NCBI GenBank assembly: GCA_963836075.1
Contig: CAWIIB010000009.1
Coordinates: 3,136,001 to 3,200,000 of the forward strand
Length of the DNA: 64,000 nucleotides
Direction: 5' to 3'
Origin: an uncultured Acidobacteriota bacterium
Lineage (GTDB): Bacteria > Acidobacteriota > JAQAZP01
Under the pieces are notes generated by a model that saw only the letters and a program-made list of their open reading frames with translations, searched no databases and was not told the DNA's origin. Of this stretch, positions 1-10,487 are shown piece after piece. The translations under genes were made by a program, and so were the position numbers. Positions within the stretch are counted from its first letter, which is position 1, and each line of letters begins with the position of its first letter.

Positions 1-1
1 C

Positions 2-388
2 GACCACTTCAAGCAGATCAACGACCAGTACGGCCACGACGAGGGCAACCAGGTGCTCAAGCGGGTGGCCCGGATCCTGCTGGCCAGCAAACGCAAGATC
101 GACCTTCTCGGCCGTTTCGGCGGTGAGGAGTTCATCGTCACCCTTCCCGAAACCGGCCGGATCGGCGCCCTCGAGGTGGCCCGCCGGATGCTGGAGAACA
201 TCAAGGCTCACAAGTTCCTCTGCCGCGGAAAACACGTTCCGATCACCGCCAGCTTCGGCGTGGCCACCATGAACGGCAAGGCAATCAACCGCGACACCCT
301 GATCCGTTACGCCGACATGGCCCTCTACCGGGCCAAGGACGAGGGACGTGACCGGATCGTCTACCAGCCCCCGCCTCCGGGCATGTAA
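2..388 (+). CDS. Diguanylate cyclase GGDEF domain (5'-partial)
   Basis: Frame open from position 2: DHFKQINDQYGHDEGN...LLGRFGGEEF...ADMALYRAKDEGRDR. Confidence 0.93.
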   Translation, partial: DHFKQINDQYGHDEGNQVLKRVARILLASKRKIDLLGRFGGEEFIVTLPETGRIGALEVARRMLENIKAHKFLCRGKHVPITASFGVATMNGKAINRDTLIRYADMALYRAKDEGRDRIVYQPPPPGM

Positions 389-480
389 CCGGCGGGGGGG
401 GCATCGCGCTTGCCAATGCGCTGTGGTTGTGCTAAGTAAGTGCGGCACTTTACGTTATCCACTTCTCAACAGGACGGACC

Positions 481-1800
481 ATGCCGAATATCGTGGTAAT
501 CGGAACCCAGTGGGGAGATGAGGGCAAGGGGAAGATCGTCGACCTGCTGGCCAATCATTTCCAGATCATCGCTCGCTTCCAGGGCGGTCACAACGCCGGC
601 CACACAGTGGTTCATGATGGCAAAACCCACTTCCTGCACCTGATTCCCTCGGGCATGGTCCGCGGCAACCTGCTCTGTGTCATCGGCAACGGGGTGGTGG
701 TGGACCCGGCAGCCCTGCTCAGCGAGATCGAGCGGCTGAAAAAGTCCGGGATCGACGTGGGGAACAACCTCAAGATCAGCGAGCGCTGCCAGGTGATCTT
801 CCCCTACCACGGGGCCAAGGACTCGGTGAGCGAGGACGCCGCCGGGGACAAGGTGAAGATCGGCACCACCCGCCGGGGGATCGGGCCGACCTACGAGGGC
901 AAGGCGGCCAGGACCGGTATCCGCATGGTGGACCTGCTGGAAGAGGATGTGCTGCGCGACCTGGTGGGGCGCAACGTGGAGCGCAACAACCGGATCATGT
1001 CCTGCCTCTATCCCGGACAGGCTGATATACTTGACGCGAAGAAAGTCTTCGAGGAGTACCGCGGGATGGCGCAGAAACTCGAGAAGTACATCTGCGACAC
1101 TTCGCTCTTCCTCCATGACCGGATGGCCGCCGGCGAATCGGTGCTCTTCGAGGGTGCCCAGGGCACCCAGCTTGATGTTGATCACGGCACCTTCCCCTTT
1201 GTCACCTCGTCCAACACGGTGGCCTCCGGGGTCGGTTCGGGCTGCGGCGTGGGACCCACCAGGATCGACGGGGTGATGGGGGTGATCAAGGCCTACAGCA
1301 CCCGGGTGGGCGAGGGGCCGTTCCCCACCGAGCAGGATAACGAGGACGGGGCGCTGATCCGCGAGCGGGGCGGTGAGTTCGGCACCACCACCGGCCGGCC
1401 CCGGCGCTGCGGCTGGTTCGACGTGGTGGTGGGGCGCTACGCCGCCCGGGTCAACGGCCTGGACGTGCTGGCGGTGACCATGCTCGACGTGCTCGACGAG
1501 TTCGAGGAGATCCCGGTCTGCACCGGCTACCGCTACCAGGGCAAGATGATCGCGGATTTTCCGGCCTCCCGCCGGGCCCAGGCCGAGGTGGAGCCCGTCT
1601 GGGAGCGCCTGCCGGGCTGGAACAGCAGCACCCGCGGCATCTCGACCTACGGGGATTTGCCCCAGGCGGCCAGGGACTATCTCGATTTTATTGCCGAGCA
1701 GCTGGGCTGCCCGGTGGGGCTGGCCTCCACCGGACCGGAACGGAACTCCACGGCCCGGGTTCCCGGCACGGTTCTGGACAACTGGTTCGGTAAACTATAA
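481..1800 (+). CDS. purA: Adenylosuccinate synthetase
   Basis: QWGDEGKGK, RFQGGHNAGHT, GIGPTYEGK, EGAQG, GTTTGRPRRCGWFD motifs. Confidence 0.98.
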   Translation: MPNIVVIGTQWGDEGKGKIVDLLANHFQIIARFQGGHNAGHTVVHDGKTHFLHLIPSGMVRGNLLCVIGNGVVVDPAALLSEIERLKKSGIDVGNNLKISERCQVIFPYHGAKDSVSEDAAGDKVKIGTTRRGIGPTYEGKAARTGIRMVDLLEEDVLRDLVGRNVERNNRIMSCLYPGQADILDAKKVFEEYRGMAQKLEKYICDTSLFLHDRMAAGESVLFEGAQGTQLDVDHGTFPFVTSSNTVASGVGSGCGVGPTRIDGVMGVIKAYSTRVGEGPFPTEQDNEDGALIRERGGEFGTTTGRPRRCGWFDVVVGRYAARVNGLDVLAVTMLDVLDEFEEIPVCTGYRYQGKMIADFPASRRAQAEVEPVWERLPGWNSSTRGISTYGDLPQAARDYLDFIAEQLGCPVGLASTGPERNSTARVPGTVLDNWFGKL

Positions 1801-1804
1801 TTGG

Positions 1805-1834
1805 TTGACAGCACTGAAAAACGGCCCTTATAAT
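1805..1834 (+). promoter_or_regulatory. Sigma70 promoter of tRNA pair
   Basis: TTGACA (1805-1810), 18 nt spacer, TATAAT (1829-1834), followed by GC-rich GTGCGC discriminator. Confidence 0.85.
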
Positions 1835-1851
1835 GTGCGCTCTTTCTGGGA

Positions 1852-1927
1852 GGGCCGTTAACTCAGTTGGTAGAGTATCTGCCTTTTAAGCAGAGAGTCG
1901 CTGGTTCGAGTCCAGCACGGCTCACCA
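1852..1927 (+). tRNA. tRNA-Lys (TTT)
   Basis: Acceptor GGGCCGT/ACGGCTC, anticodon arm TCTGC-CTTTTAA-GCAGA, T-loop TTCGAGT, encoded CCA. Confidence 0.97.
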
Positions 1928-1968
1928 ACCTCACCGGCCGTTCCGGTGAGTGAAAAATTTACACCTGC

Positions 1969-2045
1969 GACCCCATCGTCTAGTCAGGTCAGGACACCGG
2001 CCTTTCACGCCGGCAGCACGGGTTCAAATCCCGTTGGGGTCGCCA
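1969..2045 (+). tRNA. tRNA-Glu (TTC)
   Basis: Acceptor GACCCCA/TGGGGTC, anticodon arm CCGGC-CTTTCAC-GCCGG, T-loop TTCAAAT, CCA. Confidence 0.97.
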
Positions 2046-2062
2046 TTTTTTTGTACGCGTGC

Positions 2063-2089
2063 CGGGAACCGGAATCCCGGTTCCCGTTT
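2063..2089 (+). terminator. Hairpin terminator after tRNAs
   Basis: CGGGAACCGG-AATC-CCGGTTCCCG then TTT, between convergent units. Confidence 0.6.
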
Positions 2090-2130
2090 CGCTGTTGTGG
2101 ATAGCTGTCCCTGGTCGGCGGTGGCAACGT

Positions 2131-3639
2131 TCAGGGTATTTGCGCGTAGATGATGACGCTGGACTCAGCCCCGTAGCCGGATGCCGGGAATGGCGGCTGG
2201 TTCCAGGGGGCCGGGGTCACATCCTCGACGACCAGTGTGAACATGTTCTTCCCGATCAGTGATCCCAGGGGCGGGATCCTGTAATGCCAGGACGTTGTGG
2301 TGTGGCCGCCGCCGACGATGTTCTGATATCCGGCTTTCCAGTTGTCAATCTTGTACCCCTTGGCCAGCTGCACCTCGATCCGGGCCGCCACCCGCCGCGT
2401 TTGATCGGGAACCCTGTTCAACAGACTCACCGACATGCTGGTCATAAAAGGTACGGTGCCCGAGGTGGGCACGCAGGAATATTCGCTAAACAGGGTTACC
2501 GGCAACCCACGATTGATCAGCACCGCAATATTATCTTCACCGAAACTTGCGGCCGCCAGATCCTGGCTGCCGTCGCCGTCCAGGTCACCAATGGCGACGG
2601 ATTTCCCCTGTCCAGAGGTATCGACCCAGAGAGGCGGCAGGAACGTCCCATTGCCGTTGCCCAAAAGCACCGCAGTGGTGCCAGGATTTGAGTAGCCCTG
2701 GCCGGTGGTGACCAGATCCGGGATGCCGTCTCCATCCAGGTCTCCGATGGCCACCGACTCAGGCCAGCCGCTATATCCGTAACTGATGGCCTCCTGGAGA
2801 GTGCCGTCGCCGTTGCCCAGCAGTACCGATACACTGACGATATTCCCATCAACGGACGTTGCCAGATCCGGAAAGCCGTCTCCATTCAGGTCGCCAATGG
2901 CGACATCATTATATCCATCATCCCCGACTGAGTAGGCGACGGCGGCCTGGAAGGTGGCGTCTCCGTTGCCCAGCAGGACGAATACTCTCTCATCGTCATC
3001 AACCCAGTAAGACCCCACCACAAGGTCCGGGGCGCTGTCCTGATCGAGGTCGCCGATGGCGATTGAAGTACAAGCGACATCAAGCACCTGCCCCGTACCG
3101 AGTTGGAAAGTGCCGTCGCCATTGCCAATCAGCACAAAAACGCTTTTGCTGTCATACGTGCATACGGCAATGTCCGTGTCACCGTCGCCGTCCAGGTCGC
3201 CGGTGACGACGTCGCTTGCGCCACCGACCCAGTAGTTGACGCATGCCTGGAAGGTGCCGTCACCGTTGCCCAGCAGCACCGAAACATCTTCACTGCCGGG
3301 ATTAGCCGTTACCAGGTCTGGAACCCCATCGCCGTTCAGCTCATCAACCGCAATCGCATTCGGAAACTCACCAGTCCCGTAATCCACTGCAGCCTGAAAC
3401 GTGCCGTCACCGTTGCCCAGCAGCACCGAGACATTGTCAATCCAGCCAACACAGGTCGCTGCGAGGTCCGGGTGGCCGTCGCCGTTCAGATCGGCGATGG
3501 CCACGTCAGTGGGACGTTCAACGATTACGTCATACTCCACGGCTGGTTCGAACAGCTGAGCTTCCGCAGTCGCTGAGGGATAGATGCAGAGCGCTACCAG
3601 CAGTGCGATGATGACAAGACTGATGTTTCGGTTTCTCAT
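2131..3639 (-). CDS. Secreted FG-GAP/VCBS repeat protein with C-terminal module B
   Basis: Signal peptide; ~7 DLxGDGxxDL...VSVLLGNGDGTF repeats; tail CVPTSGTVPF...VEDVTPAPWNQPPFPASG. Confidence 0.88.
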   Translation of the reverse strand: MRNRNISLVIIALLVALCIYPSATAEAQLFEPAVEYDVIVERPTDVAIADLNGDGHPDLAATCVGWIDNVSVLLGNGDGTFQAAVDYGTGEFPNAIAVDELNGDGVPDLVTANPGSEDVSVLLGNGDGTFQACVNYWVGGASDVVTGDLDGDGDTDIAVCTYDSKSVFVLIGNGDGTFQLGTGQVLDVACTSIAIGDLDQDSAPDLVVGSYWVDDDERVFVLLGNGDATFQAAVAYSVGDDGYNDVAIGDLNGDGFPDLATSVDGNIVSVSVLLGNGDGTLQEAISYGYSGWPESVAIGDLDGDGIPDLVTTGQGYSNPGTTAVLLGNGNGTFLPPLWVDTSGQGKSVAIGDLDGDGSQDLAAASFGEDNIAVLINRGLPVTLFSEYSCVPTSGTVPFMTSMSVSLLNRVPDQTRRVAARIEVQLAKGYKIDNWKAGYQNIVGGGHTTTSWHYRIPPLGSLIGKNMFTLVVEDVTPAPWNQPPFPASGYGAESSVIIYAQIP

Positions 3640-3705
3640 GATTTATCTCCAAAATGACTATTCGTATGAATACAGCGGCACATCTTTCCTGTTCAGCGGC
3701 AATGC

Positions 3706-5209
3706 TCAGGGCCGTACCGCGATGATGGTGCAGCCATTGATATCCCTGTAGCCGGATACCGGGTATGGCGGCTGGTTCCAGGGGGCCGGGGTCACATCCT
3801 CGGCAACCAGGGTGAATCGGTTGCGCCCGATCAGTGATCCCAGGGCCGGAATGGTCTGATCCCAGGTCCACCTGGTCTCAGCGTCGCCGACGATGTTTGT
3901 ATATCCGGACCTCCAGTTGGCGATGAATTCCCCATTGGCCAGGTTAAAATGAATCCTGGTCGCCACACGGCGGGTTTGATCGGAAACCCTGTTCAACAGG
4001 GTCATTGACATGCGGGTGTCAAAGGGCATGGTGCCGTGCATCGGCACGCAGGAGAAATCGGTGATAAACAGCGTAATGCCAGGCTCCCGCCTGTTGATCA
4101 GCACCGAAATACGAGGGTCCTGGACATTTGTCACCACCGCATCCGGGCCGCCGTCGTTGTTCAGGTCACCCACGGTTGCAGATCCCACCCTTAAACCGGT
4201 TTCATGATAGATTGGCGGCAGAAAAGTCCCGTCACCGTCCCCCAGCATCACCGAAACGGTGTTGCCATAGAAATGATCCACACCATACCGGTTGGCCGTG
4301 ACGAGATCCGGAATGGAGTCCCCATCATGGTCCGCGATGGCCACTGAATACGGATAGCCCACAACGTCGTAGGTCGTGGGTTCCTGGAACGTGCCGTCCC
4401 CGTTGCCCAGGGATACGAGGACGCATTCATTGACGCTGTTGGCGGTGACCAGATCCGGAATGCCGTCGCCATTCAGGTCGTCAGTGGCGATTGAAGCTAT
4501 GCCGTAAACAACCGAGTAGATAATTGCACTCCGGAAGGTGGCATCGCCGTTACCCAGCAAAATCCTGACCTGGCCCAGATATGAACTCACCGCCAGGTCC
4601 GCATGGCCATCACCGTCAAAGTCGTTCCATGACGATTCTGCTGGGGCTGTCCATCGTCCAGTAATTCACCGCGGCCTGGAAGGTGCCGTCCCCGTTGCCC
4701 AGCAGCACTGAGATATTGTTGTGCCCCTCATTGACCACGGCCAGATCCGGGATACTATCACCGTCCAGGTCACCGATGGCCACATCCTTGGGATAGTCAC
4801 CGACTCTGTAGCGGACTTCGGTCTGGAAGGTGCCGTCTCCGTTGCCCAGCCAGACCGAGATCTTGTCACTGAGTTTATTCACTATGATAAGGTCCGGAAT
4901 GCCATCACCGTTCAGATCACCCACCGCAACCTTTTCGGGTTGAAGCCCAGCAGAATACTCCATGGCAGTCTGGAAGGTGCCGTCTCCGTTGCCTAACAGC
5001 ACCGAAATACGGGAGGTGTAAAAACCACTGGCGAAGATAAGATCCTGGGCGCCATCGCCATCCAGATCAGCGATGACCGCGGGCCGGACAATTTCCTCGA
5101 TCTCATAGTCCACTCTTGGTTCGTACAGCTCTGCTTTCGTCGTCGCTGAAGGACAAATACAAAGCGTAACCAGGGCGATGCTGAAAAGACTGATGATTCG
5201 GTAGTTCAT
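3706..5209 (-). CDS. Secreted FG-GAP repeat protein with module B (one frameshift near 4625)
   Basis: ORFs 4616-5209 and 3706-4590 join by removing one base (IVMDDFDGDGHADLAV); tandem paralog of 2131-3639. Confidence 0.82.
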
Positions 5210-5463
5210 CTTTCATCTCCAAAATGAATATTTGTATGAAAACAGAGGACTATTGTTCGTATTCCTAACGGTCTTATCGGCATGCGGGCCGTACGGGATA
5301 AAATATGTTTCCTGAATGACAATCAAGCCCCAAAACAGTTGTTCGCCAGCACTTGAATATGTGATCCGCAGAAACTATATTGAAAAACATACGTGGCGCA
5401 TCAATGCCATAACATTGGGCAACTCACTAAAAACTTTAAGCAGGTCTCATGGGGGGATTCCAG

Positions 5464-8185
5464 ATGAGGAAAAGTGTACTTTTCATTGCAGGGTTGTTTG
5501 TGCTTGGCATCATGACGGGGCCGGTGCTCGCCTGGTACCCGTCCACGGAAACGGTGGAGCTGGGGACGGCCACCTGGTGAGGGTATTGCCCAAGGGCTGC
5601 TTCAGGGATTGAAGCGAACAGAGGCTGGTTCGACTCGAATGAATTTGTTTCCCTCGCCTATTTCGCCAGTTCGGGAGATCTGGGAAACGACGACGCTACT
5701 GCACGTATCGGCTACTACTCCGTATCCGCCTACCCCACCCTGGTCTGGCACGGCACCGTCCAGTTTTCAGGGGCCAGCGTGGATGACGCCACCGGTATGC
5801 CCTATCGGGCCAGAATCCTGAGCCAGATGGGCAGACCGTCCGCCTTCAAAATCACCGTCAACTCCGTCAGCCTGACGGCGCCCACCGGCTCCATCGATCT
5901 CGACATCGAGGTGATGGAGGGCGGGGTGGACATCAGCAACATGTTCCTGCGGATCGCCATCACCGAGGACGCTGTCACTTCCGGCGCGGAGGATTTCGAC
6001 GATGTCACCCGCGGCATGGTGGACGACGTGGCCGTCACGGTGAGCAGTCTGGGAGAGATCCAGAACGTGGTTCGCAGCTTCCCCTTCGATGCGGGCTGGG
6101 TTGCGGGAAATACCGAAGTCATCGCCTTTCTCCAGGACGACACCGACAAGAGGATTCATGCCGCCGCGTCCTCCCTGCCCAAGCCGGACTACAGCCTGGG
6201 GTTTTACTACCTCGGTGAACGCCAGCAGATCGGACCGGCGAAAGGGGAACACCACTTCGATAATTTTGCCGTCTTCAACATGGGGGAGATGACCGATACC
6301 TTCACCGTCGACCTGACCGGTCACATCCCCGATGACTGGGTGGTGGAGATCTGTGACGATGTGGACTGCTACGGCTCGACTTACTCCCAGCAGCTGGCTC
6401 CCGGCGAATCGATGGAGCTGCACATCAAGGTCGAGCCTGGATCGAGCGGGTACGCGGCGATCTCGGTGGATATGAGCCAGGCCAGCCTGATGCACAAGTT
6501 CCCCCGCAACATCGACTACATCTACAACACGGATGACCTGGATGTGCTGCTGGTGGACGATGACGGCGGGGAGACATACGAGGACTATTTCATCGATGCG
6601 CTGGAGCAGAGCGGATACACTTTCGGCTTACTGAAGCGCCTGGAGGGCGGTTTGCCGGCCGGCGCCATCGACAACTTCCCGATGGTCGTCTGGAACGTCG
6701 GCTGGTCCTTCCCGACCCTCGATGCGCAGGACCGGGAGTCGTTGGGCGCCTTCCTCGACGCCGGCGGCTCGCTGTTCATCAGCGGCCAGGACATCGGTTA
6801 CGATCTGAACGACCAGGGTGCGGAAGCCTACCAGTGGTACCAGGACTATCTCCACGCGATCTACGTCTCGGACGACACCAACGATTACACGCTCGACGGC
6901 GTGGCCGGCGACCCGGTCTCCGGCGGAATCGACCTCGTCATCCAGGGCGGGGATGGTGCGGACAACCAGGAATATCCCAGCGATATCGATCCGGCGGATG
7001 GATCCACGGCGGTCATCTGGAGTTACGATGCGGACCGCAATGGCGCGGTGCGTGCCGACACCGGAACACACCGGGTGATCTACCTCGCCTTCGGTTTCGA
7101 GGGGATCGACAACGCCGACGACCGTCGTGCCGTCATGCAGAGCAGTATCACCTGGCTCGATCCCGAGAGCGAATCTGCGTCCAAACGTCTGCTGACCGGT
7201 CCCGGGCCCGGGTTCGACAACCCGCCGCAGGTCAGGGTGTTTCCCCCGGAGCAGGATGCGGCGGCACTCTACGATTTCCCCGCGTACGGAGCCTCCAGTT
7301 ACGGGGTAAACGTGGCCTGCGGCAATGTCACCGGCAGCGGGCTGGATACGATCATCACCGGCGCCGGCCCGGGGGACATCTACGGCCCCCATGTCCGGGG
7401 CTTCTCCGTCGACGGCACGCCGCTGTCCGCGCTCAATTTCCTGGCCTACGGCACGAACAAGTATGGCGTCAACGTGGCGGCGGGTGATATCGACGCCGAC
7501 GGGTACGACGAGATCATCACCGGTGCCGGTCCGGGCGCCGTTTTCGGCCCCCACGTCCGCGGCTGGGACCATGACGGCGGGTCGGGAGTCACCTCGATCG
7601 GAGGGGTGAACTACTTCGCCTACGGTACGCCGAAGTGGGGGGTCAATGTGGCGTGCGGTGACATCGACGGTGACGGCTACGACGAGATCGTCACCGGTGC
7701 CGGACCCGGCGCGGTGTACGGCCCGCACGTCCGCGGCTGGAACGTGGACGGCGGCACCGCCGCCTCGATCCCCGCGGTGAGCTTCTTCGGCTACGGCACG
7801 CTGAAGTACGGCGTGAACGTCACCTGCGGCGACCTGGACGGCGACGGCATCGACGAGATCGTCACCGGCGCGGGGCCGGGAGCGGTTTTCGGCCCCCACG
7901 TTCGCGGCTGGAACTATGACGGCGGCACGGTGGTGTCGATGACCGGGATCAACTTCTTCGCCTGGGACCCGGACGATGCGCGTTTCGGGGCCAGGGTTTT
8001 CGCCGGCGCCGATCTGAACAACGACGGCACGGGATGAGCTGGTTGTGGGGTGCGGACCCGATCCCGATCTGGGCACACCGGTCAAGGTCTATCTCTATGA
8101 CGGAGCAGTTTTGACCGATTGGTTCTCCCTGACCGCCTACACGGACCTGACCCACGGGACCAGTGTCTCGGCTGGAGGGTTCTAG
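5464..8185 (+). CDS. Secreted Omp28/thioredoxin-like selenoprotein (UGYC) with C-terminal module A; in-frame TGA 5578-5580, frameshift near 8028
   Basis: ATG 5464 with signal peptide MRKSVLFIAGLFVLGIMTGPVLA, then VELGTATW-TGA-GYCP in frame with ORF 5779-8037; later YPT cis-Pro loop; removing one base near 8028 gives DGRDELVVG...SAGGF-TAG like paralogs. Confidence 0.82.
5599..5615 (+). promoter_or_regulatory. Putative bacterial SECIS
   Basis: GCTTCA-GGGAT-TGAAGC, loop 24 nt after TGA 5578. Confidence 0.7.
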
Positions 8186-8363
8186 AAGCGGTTCCAGGAT
8201 CAAGTGGCAGTGCGGGAGTCAGCCCGGGAACAGCCTTCCCGGGCGCTCCCGGCCGTTGCGGGTGTCGATGCCCATACGGTTTGCCCGGGCAACTCCAGTT
8301 CTTTCAGCCATTCCTCGATCTGGTTCCAACCGGGAACCACGTGGGTCGCATTTTATTTCGGAT

Positions 8364-10472
8364 TCAGAACCTGCCCGCCGCCACGTTGGTTCCATGGGTC
8401 ATCTCGGGGAATGCCTCCAGTGAGATCCACTGGGTCACCGCTATCCCATCGTAGGTAAAGACCTTCACCTCGGTATCGGCCGTGGGATCAGGACCACGGC
8501 CGGCCACAAGCTCATCTCGGCCATTACCGTTCAGGTCGGCTCCGGCGAAGACATTGACCCCGTAGCTCTGTGATCCGGTCAGCCAGGCGAAGAAGCTGAA
8601 ACCGGGCAGGGGGGTGACGGAGGTGTCGTCAAAGTCCCAGCCGCGGACGTGGGGGCCGAAGACCGCCCCCGGACCGGCACCGGTGACGATCTCGTCGATG
8701 CCGTCGCCGTCCACGTCGCCACAGCTGACGTTGACGCCATACTTCAGGGTGCCGTAGGCAAAGAAGCTGACACCGGTGATCGACGAGACTGTCGGGTTGC
8801 CGTCGACGTTCCAGCCGCGGACGTGGGGGCCGTACACTGCTCCGGGGCCAGCTCCCGAGACGATCTCGTCAAAGCCGTCACCATCGATATCACCGGCTGA
8901 AACATTCACGCCCCATTTGGGCGTGCCGTAGGCAAAGTAGCTGACCCCCGGGTATGGCGCAACTCCCGAAGTGCCGTTGAAGGTCCATGCACGGACGTGG
9001 GGACCGAATACCGCACCCGGGCCGGCACCGGTGATGATCTCGTCGGTTCCGTCGCCGTCCAGGTCGCCGGCGGTCACGTTCGCACCGTATTTGTTCGTGC
9101 CGTAGGCGAGGAAACTGAGGCCGGGTATGGTGCTGCCATCCTTGTTGAAACCCCTCACATGGGGGCCATAGATGTCGCCAGGTCCGGGCCCGGTGAGGAT
9201 CTCGTCGAGCCGGTCGCCGTCAATGTCACCACAACTTACGTTGACCCCGTAATGATCCGGCCCATACGCCTGGAACTGGTATTCATGCGCTGCATGGTGC
9301 TCTGTGGGGAACACCCGCACGTGGGGAGGATTATCGTATGCCGGACCGGTGCAGGTTACGAGAAAATATACTGGAAGGGGATAATGGGACCCCATATCCA
9401 CAACCCCGGCATCCTCAACGAAATCGGTGCGCGTTGTTCCCTCCACCATGTCGCTCAGCGGATCACCCGTATCGATGCACGGACTGTTTTCGGCCTGACC
9501 TGCAGCGAGATGGCTCAGGCAGTACTCCCCCAAAGGACCGCTGACGAACAGCGGGTCGATATCGATGTTGCCTTCTCCGGACCAGCCGTTCTGGATGTCG
9601 GAAAAGGTGACAACCCCCGTTCCGCCGGAGGCAAACCTCAACTGGTCCCAGGCGTTGCCCCAGACTATCGAGTTTTCAATCAATACCGTCGAGTTGGAGC
9701 TGTAGATCCCGCCAGTGTTGGTGTTCGTGTTGTTCGACGCGACGGTGCAGTTGGTCATGGCCAGTGTGGAGGTAAAATAACAGGCGATTCCACCGCCGCT
9801 CCTGTCGGAGAAATTCCCCGCGATCACATTGTTGAGGACGGTCAGTGAACTGCTGAAATCACAGAAGATGCCGCCACCGTTATTCTCCGCCGTGTTTCCC
9901 GAAATGGTGTTATTGCGTATGGTCGCTTCAGACTCCCTGCAGGAGATACCTCCACCCCAGTTTGCCGAATTGGCCGTAATCGTGTTCCCGTCGATCACTG
10001 CCGAGGAGTTGAAACAGCAGATTCCACCGCCATAAAAGTCACAACTATTTCCGGTAATGAGATTGTCTTTGATGGTGGGGGAGGCCTGGTTACAGAAGAT
10101 GGCGCCCCCGTGAGTCGAGGGTCCGGCTTCACCGTTCCGAATCGTGAATCCCTGGACCACCGATTTTTCATCTTCGCCACTGTGGAAGTAGAACCCTCTG
10201 TGTTCGGCAGCCACACTTCCCTGGCAATCGACGATGCAGTTGGCCGCACCATTTTCAGACCGGACCTTGATCGCCTTTCCGTGGAAGTCGATGTCCCGGT
10301 TGCCTTCACCGCTGTAAGTGCCATCAGCCACCAGCACCGTGTCGCCGTCCAGGGCGGCGTCGATGCCGGCCTGGATGGTGGGCTGGTCAGCCGGGACATG
10401 GATGGTGGCGGCAGGGAGGGGAAGGGACAGAAAGAGGCCCAGGGCGATGAACAGCGTTGTGGGGAATCTCAT
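8364..10472 (-). CDS. Secreted right-handed beta-helix protein with hinge and module A
   Basis: Signal peptide, ATIHVPADQPTIQAGID, GGGI-x-C...N repeats, SPCIDTG..TTRTD..DMGSHY, GPGPG-HVRG repeats, ends AGRF. Confidence 0.88.
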   Translation of the reverse strand: MRFPTTLFIALGLFLSLPLPAATIHVPADQPTIQAGIDAALDGDTVLVADGTYSGEGNRDIDFHGKAIKVRSENGAANCIVDCQGSVAAEHRGFYFHSGEDEKSVVQGFTIRNGEAGPSTHGGAIFCNQASPTIKDNLITGNSCDFYGGGICCFNSSAVIDGNTITANSANWGGGISCRESEATIRNNTISGNTAENNGGGIFCDFSSSLTVLNNVIAGNFSDRSGGGIACYFTSTLAMTNCTVASNNTNTNTGGIYSSNSTVLIENSIVWGNAWDQLRFASGGTGVVTFSDIQNGWSGEGNIDIDPLFVSGPLGEYCLSHLAAGQAENSPCIDTGDPLSDMVEGTTRTDFVEDAGVVDMGSHYPLPVYFLVTCTGPAYDNPPHVRVFPTEHHAAHEYQFQAYGPDHYGVNVSCGDIDGDRLDEILTGPGPGDIYGPHVRGFNKDGSTIPGLSFLAYGTNKYGANVTAGDLDGDGTDEIITGAGPGAVFGPHVRAWTFNGTSGVAPYPGVSYFAYGTPKWGVNVSAGDIDGDGFDEIVSGAGPGAVYGPHVRGWNVDGNPTVSSITGVSFFAYGTLKYGVNVSCGDVDGDGIDEIVTGAGPGAVFGPHVRGWDFDDTSVTPLPGFSFFAWLTGSQSYGVNVFAGADLNGNGRDELVAGRGPDPTADTEVKVFTYDGIAVTQWISLEAFPEMTHGTNVAAGRF

Positions 10473-10487
10473 GAAATCCGCCTTTCA

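Noticed and set aside
1950-2262. Small ORFs 1950-2153 and 2059-2262
   Set aside because: They overlap tRNA-Glu, the terminator and the antisense end of the next gene.
4616-4618. TGA ending ORF 4616-5209 as Sec or a true stop
   Set aside because: It arises from a one-base shift within an FG-GAP repeat; the downstream ORF is in a different frame.
8035-8037. TGA as a second Sec in the 5464 gene
   Set aside because: Paralogs read DGRDELV here; the conserved sequence continues in another frame, so it is a one-base frameshift.
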